Shown here: in pieces, positions 50,613-62,166 of the stretch
Numbering within the stretch: the first letter of the stretch is position 1
Layout: each line of letters opens with the position of its first letter
Source of the DNA: Macrostomum lignano
Taxonomy: Eukaryota
NCBI GenBank assembly: GCA_002269645.1
Contig: NIVC01002740.1
Span: forward strand, 62,001-126,000
DNA: 64,000 bases
Direction of reading: 5' to 3'
Program-made: the position numbers and the translations under genes
The notes under the pieces: generated by a model
What the model was told of the DNA's origin: nothing
What the model saw: the letters and a program-made list of their open reading frames with translations, nothing else
Database searches by the model: none

Positions 50613-51230
50613 CGGTGTCTTGCTAAATATTTAGCAAAAAAGTGCTGTTAAACTGTGCAATAAAATTTATCTTTATTCATTTCTTTGTTCCATTTTCAAA
50701 GTCATGTGAATAACAGTATGTGGATCCCATTTCTGTTGCCAACGCAGCTATTTATATTTTGCAACCACTGAGTCTTTAAGTCTGACATTTTCATTAAGTC
50801 GGATCGTCACAGCCTGCAGCAATACTTTCCTCCGTAGGTCCTGGTGGATTGGCTGTATAAAATTTATTGTCCGTATTTTGTCATCAAAGCGTTATTATTG
50901 TATTGTGAAAGCTTTGACCGATTTTAAGTCACATTATGCGCTGTGCAATAATTTTACCAATGCTAATAAATATTGCAGTTCGGCATGCTCTTTTCTCAAA
51001 AATTTACCGTAACTGGCTCTTTAAGCCACAAACTATTAGCCTTAGTGTGTACACACATTTCATATATAATACACTATACACGTTTGGGTGCTTAATGTTA
51101 AAATTTATTATACAATATTTGTTAAGCACTGTAATAAACTATACATTTTGGTCTTTAGAGTTGTGTTTTAAATTGCTGATCCTTCGGCTAATTTTTTTAC
51201 CCGTCAATCAAACGGAGAGACGCACTCGCA

Positions 51231-51805
51231 TCAGCCGCGTGTTGAACTGTTAAAAGACTCGGGGGAGACATCAGTCAAGCCAGGTTCTTGGTTTAACCGA
51301 AGGGTGACCTTTTCATTACCAACTTCTACTCCACCGTTGTTGGGCTCCCCATCAGCCCATAGAGCGGCGCTTATACCCGGGCCGTGGCAACCCACCGCCA
51401 GCCTTCGCGCGGCTCGCCGCTGCCTTGAGTCTGGTAGCCACCCAGCCACACGGATCCGCCATCCGAGTACACGCTGCTGAACTGCGAGTTGATGAAGCTC
51501 ATCTCTGGCCATGATTACGAGACCGAACTCACTGTCGCACCCCTGCTTCTGCTTGCTCTGCTGCCAGTTGCCAGAGTTGGAGTACAGCTTGTACTTCACT
51601 CCCCACAGCTGCTCATTGTAGCCAGACGGACACAGCCTGCTTGGCTGCAGTCCCGCCTGCCTCCTCACGAACAGCCGACCAGTGGCTGAGCAGCTGCAGT
51701 TTCCCACCCGATGGGCATCTAGCCCCGTGAACTCGCTGTTGATGCGCAGGCTGTCGTTGACCGCCTTGAACGACAAGGCGGTGACGCCGCCAGGCAAGTA
51801 GCGGC
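51231..51805 (-). pseudogene. C-type lectin domain exon with two compensating frameshifts
   Basis: CPSGY...KYKLY...NWQQSKQ...CDSE, alternate-frame VWLGGY...EGWRWV, then WADGEPNN. Several canonical Cys are missing and no upstream exon was identified. Confidence 0.62.
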
Positions 51806-52577
51806 CTGGAAGCCGAGGATTAGCACAATTAATAATAGAACGCAAGTCGAATGCATACAGTTGGTGCGGCTCTCTCAAGTCGATGTAAATTTTTGTGGGC
51901 TCCTTATTTGCTGGAATAGCGCGCGCCTAAACATCAACACAGCTTGGCGAATATGTTTCAATTGTCTTGCTTTGTCGCCGCGTTGTTTGCCTTCTACTTG
52001 ATATAATAGAATATAGCATTTTAAATTGTTTACTAAAAATGGCAGCCATCCTTATATCGCCAGTGCTTGTTCGTGTGCAGGGACTTCTATAGAGATCCCT
52101 GTCTCAGTGGACTGGAGGCTAGAATAATTAAGTCAAACCCCAGTAAACGAACATAAATCGTTGTCATGCCAGCGACAAAATGAAAGGGCCGTGTTTTATT
52201 TTAGTTTCCAGTCCACCGATTCCATTTCTAAAAGTCCCTGGCTTGGCTTGTGGTTGCCATCGTGAGTGGTTGTGAGTGACACTTTAGACAATGCCTCTCA
52301 AGTAGGCTCGGCAAACCGGTAGGCTCGCTTGTCATCGAGTTTCTCAGTCAGAAATTCACGCATTCTCTATGGTCAACCCTATCTTCATTCTGTAGACTTT
52401 CAACTCTGATGATTCTTGGACATTTGTCTATGGTTAAAGCAAGGTGAAAGGGCAGTTTTAGACTTACTTAATTAATTAATAGTTATCTTTGAGAGTGAGA
52501 ATGATAATTAAGGGACTGCTTCTTCAATAGAAATTCGCTGAGGTATTAGAGCTAACAAGCTAGCTGCGACATCGAAC

Positions 52578-53088
52578 ATGCCCCGCATTTCTCTGCCGGC
52601 TCAAGTGCTGCTGATTGTGGCTGTCATTTTCGTTGGAAACGCTTGTGCCTGCAAAAAAGTCACCAAACCAATCAAGAAACTTTTTGCCAGTAAGTACACC
52701 ATGTAGTAGTCAACTGTGTCTTATTACATCATTTGATCTGACCCGAATCAGTTAACTTACTATGGGTGTTTAAATCGCAGACCCAAAAGTTACGGAGGTC
52801 GATGGGCACACCTGCTACACTAAGGAATCCATCCGGATTGACCAAGGCATGCCTGCCTACACTAACAATGGCATGGCTAACGACTTGTCCGCTGATGCGT
52901 GCAAGAAATTCTGCAAAGACCAGGGCTTTAAAGGCAAAATTGTCGGGGTGACACCAACGGAGTGCCACTGCAACAAGTACATGAAGTACGACGGCGCCAG
53001 AGAAGCCGACAAGTGTTCAATCCGTTGCCGGGGCAACGATCAGCAGTTTTGCGGCGGCCTTGGCTACGTGTCCGTGTACCCAGCTTAG
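52578..53088 (+). CDS. Secreted single-WSC-domain protein 1 (139 aa); exons 52578-52689, 52781-53088
   Basis: Hydrophobic signal peptide, phase-1 intron, and an 8-Cys WSC pattern ending CRGNDQQFCGGLGYVSVY. Confidence 0.88.
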
Positions 53089-53749
53089 CTGAAGCCGCTG
53101 CACTGCACTGCACTCTATCTGTAGCCCATTGCCGAGTTGCTTTTGGACAGCCAATGCACTGTAGATCATATCGCTTAAAATGGAGTCTTACTGGCCATAT
53201 TTTATTTTATTGCTTTTCTTATTGTGTTAACGAGTCTGTATAGGTCTAAATGTGTAAGAATGTTTATTTCTATATACGTTGCTAAAATACTACCTTCTAA
53301 GACTACTTAAGACTAATGCTAATACTTGCTTTCTCGAGTCACTTACACGTATTAAAATTGCACGTGTGTTTTTCAGTACGTTTTAAAGGTATTAAAGTAC
53401 AGAAAGCCCCTTACAAATGCGAAAGTCAACCTGAAGAAGTTAGGAATTCTTGACTGCTATGTGTTCTACCTGTTCTCACATACGAGTCAGAGTGCTGGAC
53501 CATGTCACAATACCACCAGCAATGAAGAGCAGAATCGAGGTAATGGGGTTGCTCTGCTAAAAAGGAAGTTGATTACGAACATTTAGAGACAGCAGTTGGA
53601 GTTTTTTGACCCTATTATGAGCTGTTTAATTGCTTAGGCCTTAGGACAAATAACAAAGAACGAACTAACACTAGAAGCTAAATTTAGTAACAGACAGACA
53701 GTGATGCTTAAACGGTCGTAAAAAGTTGGAAGAGGCCATGACAGCCAGA

Positions 53750-54700
53750 TTTTTTCTAAAGTACTCTCCAGAATAGTCTACGCATCGTTGCGTCCTCTCA
53801 AACCACTTATTAAAGCAGCTGGACCACTATGAACTTGGCACCTCCTCGACATGCCCGATGAAGGCCTTGACTGCAGCTTCCGGTGATGAATAACGACTGC
53901 TACGCATCTTCCGCTTGATTTGCGGAAACACGGGCAAGAAGTCGCACGGGCCAGGTCTGGGCTGTAGGATGGACAAGCTGTTGAATGCGAATTCTCCAGC
54001 CAGGAATCCAACCACTTGCCTGGACTTGAAGGCGGAGGCGCGTTGTCGTGATGAAGAAGCACACCCCGAGCTCGAATCCTTGCACGGCAACTGGAGAGAC
54101 AACTCAGTACTTCTGGCAGGCAGCAGTTGGTACACCAGTTGGCAGCGACGGTGCGCTGCTGCGCAAGTGGTACGGTCGCTAGATGACCAGCTTTCGCCAC
54201 AAAAACGGCTACCACCTGCTTTGCCACACTGCATGCGCTGATCGTTTCAGCTTCAATGGTGTGGCGCCTCTAACTGGCGTCCACTTGTCCGAATGCTGCT
54301 TGTTCTCTGGGTCAAAACTTTTGCTCCAGGATTCATCACCACTGACGATTTCCCAGACCGAGTTTAAGCGGGGCTACCATCGAATCTGTCAAGCATGGCA
54401 TGCCACCAAGCCACCCGAGCCTCCTTTTGCTCCTCCGTCAGGTGATGAGGCACCCAGCGTGCAGAAATCTTGCAGGATCGTGCGGATGGCTCCCGATGAG
54501 ATGGCCACTTCTGCCTCTATCTAGGCCACAGTTATCCTGGCATCATCCTCAATCATGGCCCGAATGGCAGCAAAATTCTCATCGCTGCGGAGTTGAGGCG
54601 GCCGCTGCGCTCTTCATTATTCAGACTCTGTCGGCCACGTGGAAATTCGGCAAGCCACTTTAGCAAGCCATAAAAGCATTTATGTTTCGAACAACAGCAA
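53750..54700 (-). pseudogene. mariner transposase remnant
   Basis: Fragments GRQSLNNEERSGR, RWVPHHLT, IVSGDESW...FDPENKQ, LLHHDNAP and SYSPDLA, broken by frameshifts and stops. Confidence 0.88.
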
Positions 54701-54987
54701 GGTTACAGTTGCAGATCTCATGAACATAGGCTTTTATAGTTTTGAATCTCAATCGAGAAAAGCGATCTGAATTTAATTTCACAACAATTAATTTATTTAT
54801 TATAATCTGACAATAAAATACGTAAATAATTAAAAGTGCTAATTAAATTAGTATCGCACTAAGCAAATTATTATAGCAGGATAAGTAAAGCAGCAAAAAA
54901 AATTGCGCAAAAATACGAGCCAATAATCACAAAAACATAAGCTGTACTTTTTTTTAATTAACACCCGTTGTTTAGCAATCAGTGTCG

Positions 54988-56300
54988 CTACTTATTGAAT
55001 CCCGCATTCACCTGGCCGCTACTACCGCTAGCCGTCACTGCAGCATCGTAGCTCGGAGGCGCGGCAGTGTACTGCGGGTACTGCGGGTACTGTGGGGCTT
55101 GTGGGTACTGCGGCTGCGTCGGGTACGGCTGAGACCCCGCTGGGTACTGCGGCGCAGCGGGGTAGCTGCCGGCAGGCGGCGGGACCGTCACTTGACCGGC
55201 GCTGACCACGACGGAACTGGCGCCCTGGACCCGTCGGCGCGCCCGACTGCGCATGCCGGAGTAAATGCCGACCACGATGAGGCCGAACAAGAACAGGCCG
55301 CCGCCGACTAACGCGTAGACCCAAATGTTACTGCTGGTTGAATAGTAAGGATTGTAGGTGTTTGGCACGGTGTAAAACGTACTCGTGCCGCCAGGAGGTG
55401 CGGAGCAGGCGAATTTGTTTCGATCGCTGCAGTCATCCATAAAAATTGCGTAATACGAGCTTTTGTCATTGAAAGTCCCACAGCGTTCGTACGAATAGCA
55501 GCTGGACGAAGAGCCACCTGAGTAGCAGCTGATCTCCGACGTCCTAAAGCACAGGTGGTTCTGGAGTCAAACACAAGAGAAAGAGTGTAAATGTTAGATA
55601 AAAGGAAAAACGGATCTAGAAATTACCAGAATTGTAGCGTTCTACTCAGCCAGTAGTGCGAGAATCGAGCCGAGCGGTCGGTCAGTCCGATCCAAGTGTA
55701 GTAGCGCCTCAGGCTGTTCGGCAGCAGTCGCATGAACGAGCCAATGTTGTTGTAGTACGCAACCGGAACATGTAGGAGATTCGAGCGCATGCTGTTGCAA
55801 GCTCGCTGAGCGTCAAAGTAGTTCCGGCTGCTTTCAATGCTGTCAGTACCGTAGCAGGTGCCGCTGATGTACGTCCAGCCGGGAATGCAGCCGTTGAGGT
55901 CCATCGCTCGAACTCGGACTGTGACGCCTTCGCTGTTCGACTGGTCTCCGCTCGCATCAAAGCGGACCCTCAGCGACTTCGATGGCGTCAAGATTTTGTG
56001 CTGGTAGTCCGGGATGCTGGAGCCGCTAAACAGCACCTCATCACCGGAGCTGATGGTGAACACTGCCGAGCTGACCTTGAACGACTTGACTTCGACGAAG
56101 AATGCTCGATTAGGCGACTCCGCATTGAACTCGCAGCTCATTCCGGAGGAGTAGCTGGCCTCGTTTTTGCGTCTCGTAGTCAGGTAGAAGTCCGTCAGTG
56201 ACGCGCTGACAATGGTAGGAGAGTCCGGGCTGCAGTAGAACTGCTGCTGTGCCGTGGCCGCCGCGACGAGGCATGCCAGAAGGACCAGCAGTTTGTGCAT
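54988..56300 (-). CDS. Type I membrane protein: signal peptide - CUB - C-type lectin - TM - Pro/Tyr-rich tail (about 409 aa); exons 56300-55627, 55543-54988
   Basis: MHKLLVLLACLVAAATA signal, CUB-like (SCEF...LRVRFDAS...EG), CTL (CIPGWTYISGTCY, WIGLTD, DDCSDRNKFAC), TM IWVYALVGGGLFLFGLIVVGIY and a PPSY motif. The phase-2 GT-AG intron restores the frame. Confidence 0.85.
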
Positions 56301-57734
56301 GCCGACTCTGTGTTGCATGTTTCTGTTTCCTATGGGTTTGCGTTTTGCCTCACTATCGGATTGAGTCTCATTTGCTAGCCGTTTCGACTGGCAATATATT
56401 GCTTCGAAAGACGAGTTTGCCGAGAGAGCTCTGATAAGATATGCCAAGTTATATTTAGTGTCTGGCTATGTACATCTGCGCTGACGAATGACATCGGCTG
56501 AAATTTAATGCTTGACAATTTGCTGAGCCACTTTCGATGATAATAATCACCGCACTTGATGATAAAATCGCAGTAGATAACTCGTACAAACAAAAGGTGG
56601 ACGCACTTGCAGTAAATTTTTGTTGCAGAGACCAACGTGCGTTGTCTTATCAATCAGTTTGCATGGATAGGCTGCTGCTTGGAAACCTGCATTGCCCAGT
56701 ACCGACCTAAGCTGCATGGCCATTAGTTGAAGAAAAAGAGAAATGTCTCTGCAGGTCTTTCTCACTTTTGACTTACCGACCTACCAGTCATGCAAGTTAC
56801 TTGTATGAATAATAAACTGTGCTATTCAGGACAGTACAATTTATTTTGCACTTTTGATGAGTCATTTTCATCACGACAAGAAGTCTTCTGATTGTACAAG
56901 ATGTTTGAATTTTGAATTTGCAATTAGTTGGTGATGAAAGCAAGCACTATTCAGTAAAAAATGGGAAACTACGTCTGAAGGAACCTCGTTTGAGGTTGCA
57001 TTTGTTGTGTGCACGAGCCTTCCGTAATTATAAAATATTGGCTTCTGATCTTGCTATTGGTGAACCAAAAGCATTGGTAGACCGGTAGTCAGGTATCTAC
57101 CCTTGGAAAATTGTGCAAAAAGTTCTATATAGTTTTGATATTTCTTTCAGGGTTCTTAGATATTTGATTATTTTTCGAAATTCTCCCTATCCGAAATCTT
57201 GCAAGATCTTTCCAAGATTATAAAAGATTTGAGTCTGACAAAATCGTACAAAGACAAAAGTATCTTATCACAAGTTAGACATCTACCGGTATTATACGCT
57301 CGTAAGAACACTTGTGGAAATCTTGCTTAGTCATGCTGGTGGACTGCACTTGCAAAATATCACCTAGAATGATTCTGCAGAATGATCTACGAGCGTATAA
57401 TTATTAACGTATATTTTTTCTAAGATTCTCAAAAGATAGCCATTAGGGTAAAATGTAGTACTTGCACTTTGACTCTTGTCTACTAATGGTCGAAAAGTAG
57501 GAGCCCGAATATTTGGGATTTAGGCTTCAGTTTTAATAGCAATGTGGGCTCTCTGGGTTGGCTCGGTACTCTCTGCTTTGCACTGGAGCGCTTCGTCTAT
57601 GGCTCAAAGCCAGCCAAAGTCCAGGGCTGCTGGCAATACTGCGAACTAATCGTTTGCTATACTTGATAAACGTCTTCGCAGCCCGTAGGTTTTCTCTTTC
57701 GCAGAATTAACGTCAAGAGAAACAAACATTTGCG

Positions 57735-58325
57735 ATGTGGAATACGTCACGTTTTTTGCTGTCGTCTCAATTGCTGCTGCTGATTTTGGCTGTCATATTC
57801 GTTGGGAACACCAGCGCCTGCAAGAAAGTCACTAAACCAATCAAGAAATTATTTGCCAGTAAGTGATTTTAGCTGATTTTATTAAAGAAAACTGGCTAAA
57901 GCTATGAATATGTAGAAATATCTTTGTGCACCCTTCCCAGCAGAAACCTAAGTCGCTTTTCAATGTATATGGACTGGCAAGGCTGACTAATTGTGTCTAA
58001 CCATTTCAAATTCACAGATCCGAAAGTCACGGAGGTCGACGGGCACACCTGCTACACTCAGGAGTCCATCAGGATTGACGAAGGCGTCGCAGCCTTCACT
58101 AACGACAACATGGACAAAGACCTGTCCTTGGCTGAGTGCAAGAAGTTCTGCAAGGAGTCCGGCTTTGAAGGCAAAATTATCGGACTGACTCCGACCGAGT
58201 GCCACTGCAACAAGTACATGAAATACGACGGCAAGCGCGACAAGGAAAAATGCCCAATTAGGTGCAAAGGCAACGACCAGGACTATTGTGGCGGCATTGG
58301 CTACATCTCGGTTTACCCCAGCTAG
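57735..58325 (+). CDS. Secreted single-WSC-domain protein 2 (143 aa); exons 57735-57858, 58018-58325
   Basis: Close paralogue of 52578-53088 with the same exon structure. Confidence 0.88.
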
Positions 58326-58696
58326 AGGGGGCGATGCTTCTGTGAAAGCTGAACTAGCTACTGTAAACTAAATATTGGTGGATTTTTGTTTAGTTATTTT
58401 AGACCCTTGCAGAACCCATCTGAGCTGAATTTCTTTTGCAGTCTGGTTATTTTCTGTTTCCTTAACTATTCATTAGGTAAAACTGCAGTGTGCGATGAAG
58501 TATAGGATCTACTCCTAAATAAAATGTATTTCAAACTGAAGTTATAAGACTTCAATTCAACTTTTAAGAATTTAAAAAATAGGTTGCAGGTTATTTGTAT
58601 TTAAGTTTAGTGAGGTGAAAGTTAATCAGTCAGTGTAATGAGCAACTTTTCTCACTAGATAACGCATTTTGTAGAGAATTACGAGTATTTTGCTTC

Positions 58697-58900
58697 AGTT
58701 CACCCAGCCGTAAAATGGGTGCCAGCATTAGCTGGGGCAATTGAGGGTGTGTGGCGGCCCCCCCGTCCTTGGACTGAACAGCCGTACGCAGCCTTCAGAT
58801 GCGCCGCGCAATAGCTGCGGCTGAGCTGTCGGTTGCACATCTGGCGATTAAAGCAGGTGTACTCACTTATTATTATTACTATTATCATCACCATCATCAA
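58697..58900 (+). mobile_element. Possible SINE/LINE 3' fragment with a (TTA)n-like tail
   Basis: GC-rich island CACCCAGCCGTAAAATGGGTGCC ending in TTATTATTATT. Confidence 0.35.
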
Positions 58901-59266
58901 TTTGAAGAAGACTGCAGCTATCTACCACGAGCCATGCTGCATGCCCCGATACATAATACTGTAGTCTAAAAGCGGACCGTTAATAAGTTAAAGTTAAGGA
59001 GCATTCTGCATGAGATCACCGTATCAGTCTGGCCCGAATCAGACACTGGGTGTAATTTTTTAAGATGTCCCACTTTCTTTAGGAATTCGAATAATTTGTC
59101 TATGGTTGAATCGGTCGGTCAGTCTGTACAGATCTTTTTCGATATTAATTTGCCTAAGCTCTGCCTTCAACGCTTGCTTGGGCATAAAAAATTATTGAGT
59201 TGTAAATTATCAAGCCGCTGAGGCATCAACGAGTTCGTAGTACAAGGAGCCTTCACCTGCGGCGCC

Positions 59267-59761
59267 ATGTTAAATTTCCAATTCATTGCTTGCCTCGTGG
59301 TTCTTCTGACCACCGTAGCGTCAGTTCAAGCCTGCCCGAGGAGCTTTGTGGCGATCAGAAATACGTTTAGCTGTAAGTTTTGTACAGGCTCCGTCCGTTT
59401 AACATAGAGTCCGTCCGTTTAAACATGACCACACTCCCACTGTCACGCTGTTCCAGCCCGAATCAAGACGCTTAACGGACCCAGCTGCTTCACCGAGCGG
59501 TCTTTGCGCACCGCAGGCGAAACGGAGGGCACCTACGACGAACTGAAGGAGACCATGACTCCCGACGCCTGCCGCAAGCTGTGCAAAGACAAGGGCCATT
59601 CGGCTAGCAGCATCATTGCGGTGTCGCAGACGCTGTGCCACTGCGACAAGAACTTCAAAAAGGAGGGCTTATCGGACGTTGCCAAATGCACGAACAGTTG
59701 CCCGGGCAATCTGGATGAGCGTTGCGGCGGTCCGGACTATCTGTCTGCCTATCCAGTGTAG
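59267..59761 (+). CDS. Secreted single-WSC-domain protein 3 (136 aa); exons 59267-59372, 59457-59761
   Basis: Signal peptide, phase-1 intron, 8-Cys WSC domain ending CPGNLDERCGGPDYLSAY. Confidence 0.87.
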
Positions 59762-60484
59762 GAGCCGCGCCTCGACAGTTTGCTCAAATATAAGTTTTAG
59801 AGCATGGATGGACACCTAGCTATAGTCTGCGATACAAGTTAAGAGACAATTTTTTAGCTATCGTACTACCGAGTGAATTCTTTGTTTTAACTAACGGTAA
59901 TAAATTACCACCATTCTATATATCATTTTTAAAATAAACCTGCACATTTGGCGGCCATCCAGATTTTTTTATATTTCCAACAGGCACTACTAAACATACT
60001 GAAATATACTTGAAGTATAAGACGCTGGAGACAAATAGTATAGAGAGCTCTGCAAAGCGAGTTCACTTTTACTGCAGCTTAAAATTGCACTACTCAACTG
60101 ACAAGGATGTTCTAGAAATTTCCAATCCAGAATTCAAGCATTGGCCTGCGAAACAATAAGGACTCCAAGACCAAGGATCCCATACGAGAACATGGACTGC
60201 CCATATGGGTGGGGTATAAAGTGAAGTTCACTTCCTCAGTTCGAACTTCTAATGATGCTCTCCGTAATAAATGTGAACAGGAAATCTTGGATCATAAAGT
60301 TTCGAATTTTAAAAACCTTGCTGCAGAGAGGATAAAGTATATTTACCTAGTAACTTTAAAAGATCGAGACACAATGTAAATTCTAGCAAAAGTGATCAGA
60401 GACATAGATTTTTACTCTCGATACGTCATTATTCACCACCTTCTTGTGATTACTTTTTGTACACTGTGAAAATCAATTGGTACT

Positions 60485-60600
60485 TACGAGGCGTGTCCGG
60501 AAAGCAGTGTTAACTTTGACGAGGTTGCGCAAATGACCAAACTTGACGACGATGTAATAAGCATCCGGTTTGTATAACCATCGCTAATCCTGCATGTACT
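60485..60600. mobile_element. mariner-like terminal fragment
   Basis: TA followed by CGAGGCGTGTCCGGAAAG resembles mariner TIR starts; no partner end was found. Confidence 0.4.
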
Positions 60601-60735
60601 TTAAGCTGATTTGAGTTGTCTATGACCGAGCTTTAGCCACGTGGCTTTGGCTTAAAACACGAAAAAATTATTGGGTCAAGGTTAAGCTTGACAATTCATA
60701 ACAGTAGAGAAAGAGAGCCATCATAAAAAGTTGGC

Positions 60736-61244
60736 ATGGCGCATCGTTTAATCATTTTAGTATTCACCTGTGGAGTCATTCTGCTTAGCAACGTTGCCGA
60801 AGTGCATGGCTTCACCCGGGCTTTTGTAGCCTTGAAAAACATGGTCTCATGTAAGCTTGTTCAGCTGTTGTCTGATTCTGTCTTGATGACGCAAATGCAA
60901 GTCCGTCTCTGTTTGAATTCCTAGCCCGGACGCACTCCGTACTCGGTCCATCCTGCTTCACACTGAGATCCCTGAGAACTGTCGGCTCAAACGAGGGCAC
61001 GTACAATAACTCCATGGTGCAGTCGTTCAAGTCCTGCCGCAACCTGTGCAAAAAGAAAGGCCACGAACAGACTGACATCATCGCGATTGAGGTCGACTTG
61101 TGCCACTGCGGCAAGGAGTTCCGCAAAAACGGCCGGGCGGACGTCAACAAGTGCTTGCACAGCTGCCCTGGCCGGATCGAGGAGCGCTGCGGAGGGCCCG
61201 GCCACATCTCCGCTTATCCATACGATATGAAAATTGACTACTAA
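60736..61244 (+). CDS. Secreted single-WSC-domain protein 4 (144 aa); exons 60736-60850, 60925-61244
   Basis: Signal peptide, phase-1 intron, 8-Cys WSC domain ending CPGRIEERCGGPGHISAY. Confidence 0.87.
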
Positions 61245-61767
61245 CCAGGCAGGACTGAGTACTTTAAGTAGCTGCATCAACTAAATCGCTATATTGTCCT
61301 GGTTTAGATTTTTTGTTCTCTCATTTAAAGCACTTAGGAACGAGACGCCTTCTTTGCGTGGTACATGCGGTACCAACCAGTTTACAGATTTGTTTTGCTG
61401 TAGGCAAGCGAATTCCTCACTAAAATTAGCGCGGTAAATAAAAAAATACTGAGTTCGAAGGACAAAAGGTTACAAATAAGTTCAGCACACCTTTGACAAC
61501 ATGTAACGATTTACTTTAAATAACAATTGCTTCTCAAAACTTCTCTTCAAGATCTGCTATTGCCGAAGAAAGCATTTATCAGGGTATTATTTTACAACAT
61601 TCTAAGATAATCTCTTAAGTGACAAAGTGAGACAGAGAGAAGGAAAGCGTCTGTTTAATGCGAATATTGGAGTCCAGCAGGAGACGGGTTCAGGAAAGTT
61701 GCAGCGGCACCGGGAAAGGGTGCCTGATGAGAAAACTTGGTGAAAAGGTGAATCGGCTAATTCGGCA

Positions 61768-61935
61768 TTAGAGAATGCCGAACCGCTCCAGGTGTTTGTC
61801 GATTATAAAAGCGCGACAGCCTTCCAGCACTTTCTTCACATTGTCGGTGTTGACGGCGCAGGTGTAGTAATAGCAGCAGGTGTGATGGTGGTACTCGAAT
61901 TTGAAATCAGCCTGGCGCTTTCGTTTCGCTATTTC
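61768..61935 (-). CDS. Terminal exon of a heterotrimeric G-protein alpha subunit (Gs-like, divergent); upstream exons lie beyond the window
   Basis: Acceptor CTACTTCAG, then EIAKRKR...HTCCYYYTCAVNTDNVKKVLEGCRAFIIDKHLERFGIL*, which resembles the G-alpha-s C terminus. Confidence 0.8.
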   Translation of the reverse strand, partial: EIAKRKRQADFKFEYHHHTCCYYYTCAVNTDNVKKVLEGCRAFIIDKHLERFGIL

Positions 61936-62166
61936 CTGAAGTAGAGTTCGAGAAGTTTGAGAACAGTTTGAGAATTTCTTTAGCATTCGATTCTTAAGAA
62001 AAAAAGGAATTGATTCTATCGCCCAATATACAGACAGGCTTTTGGTCTCACTGAAAGGCACCCGAGGCTAAATTGACAGTCAAAGTCTCAATGTCCCGTT
62101 GACAGACACTACATGGTATATTGGGTTTAATTGAGTGTCACACTTCCAATGTCCCGTTGACAGAAA

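Noticed and set aside
55623-56447. Upstream ATG (MAYLIR...) as the start of the CUB-CTL gene
   Set aside because: The signal peptide begins at the ATG at 56300; the extension is non-hydrophobic and probably UTR.
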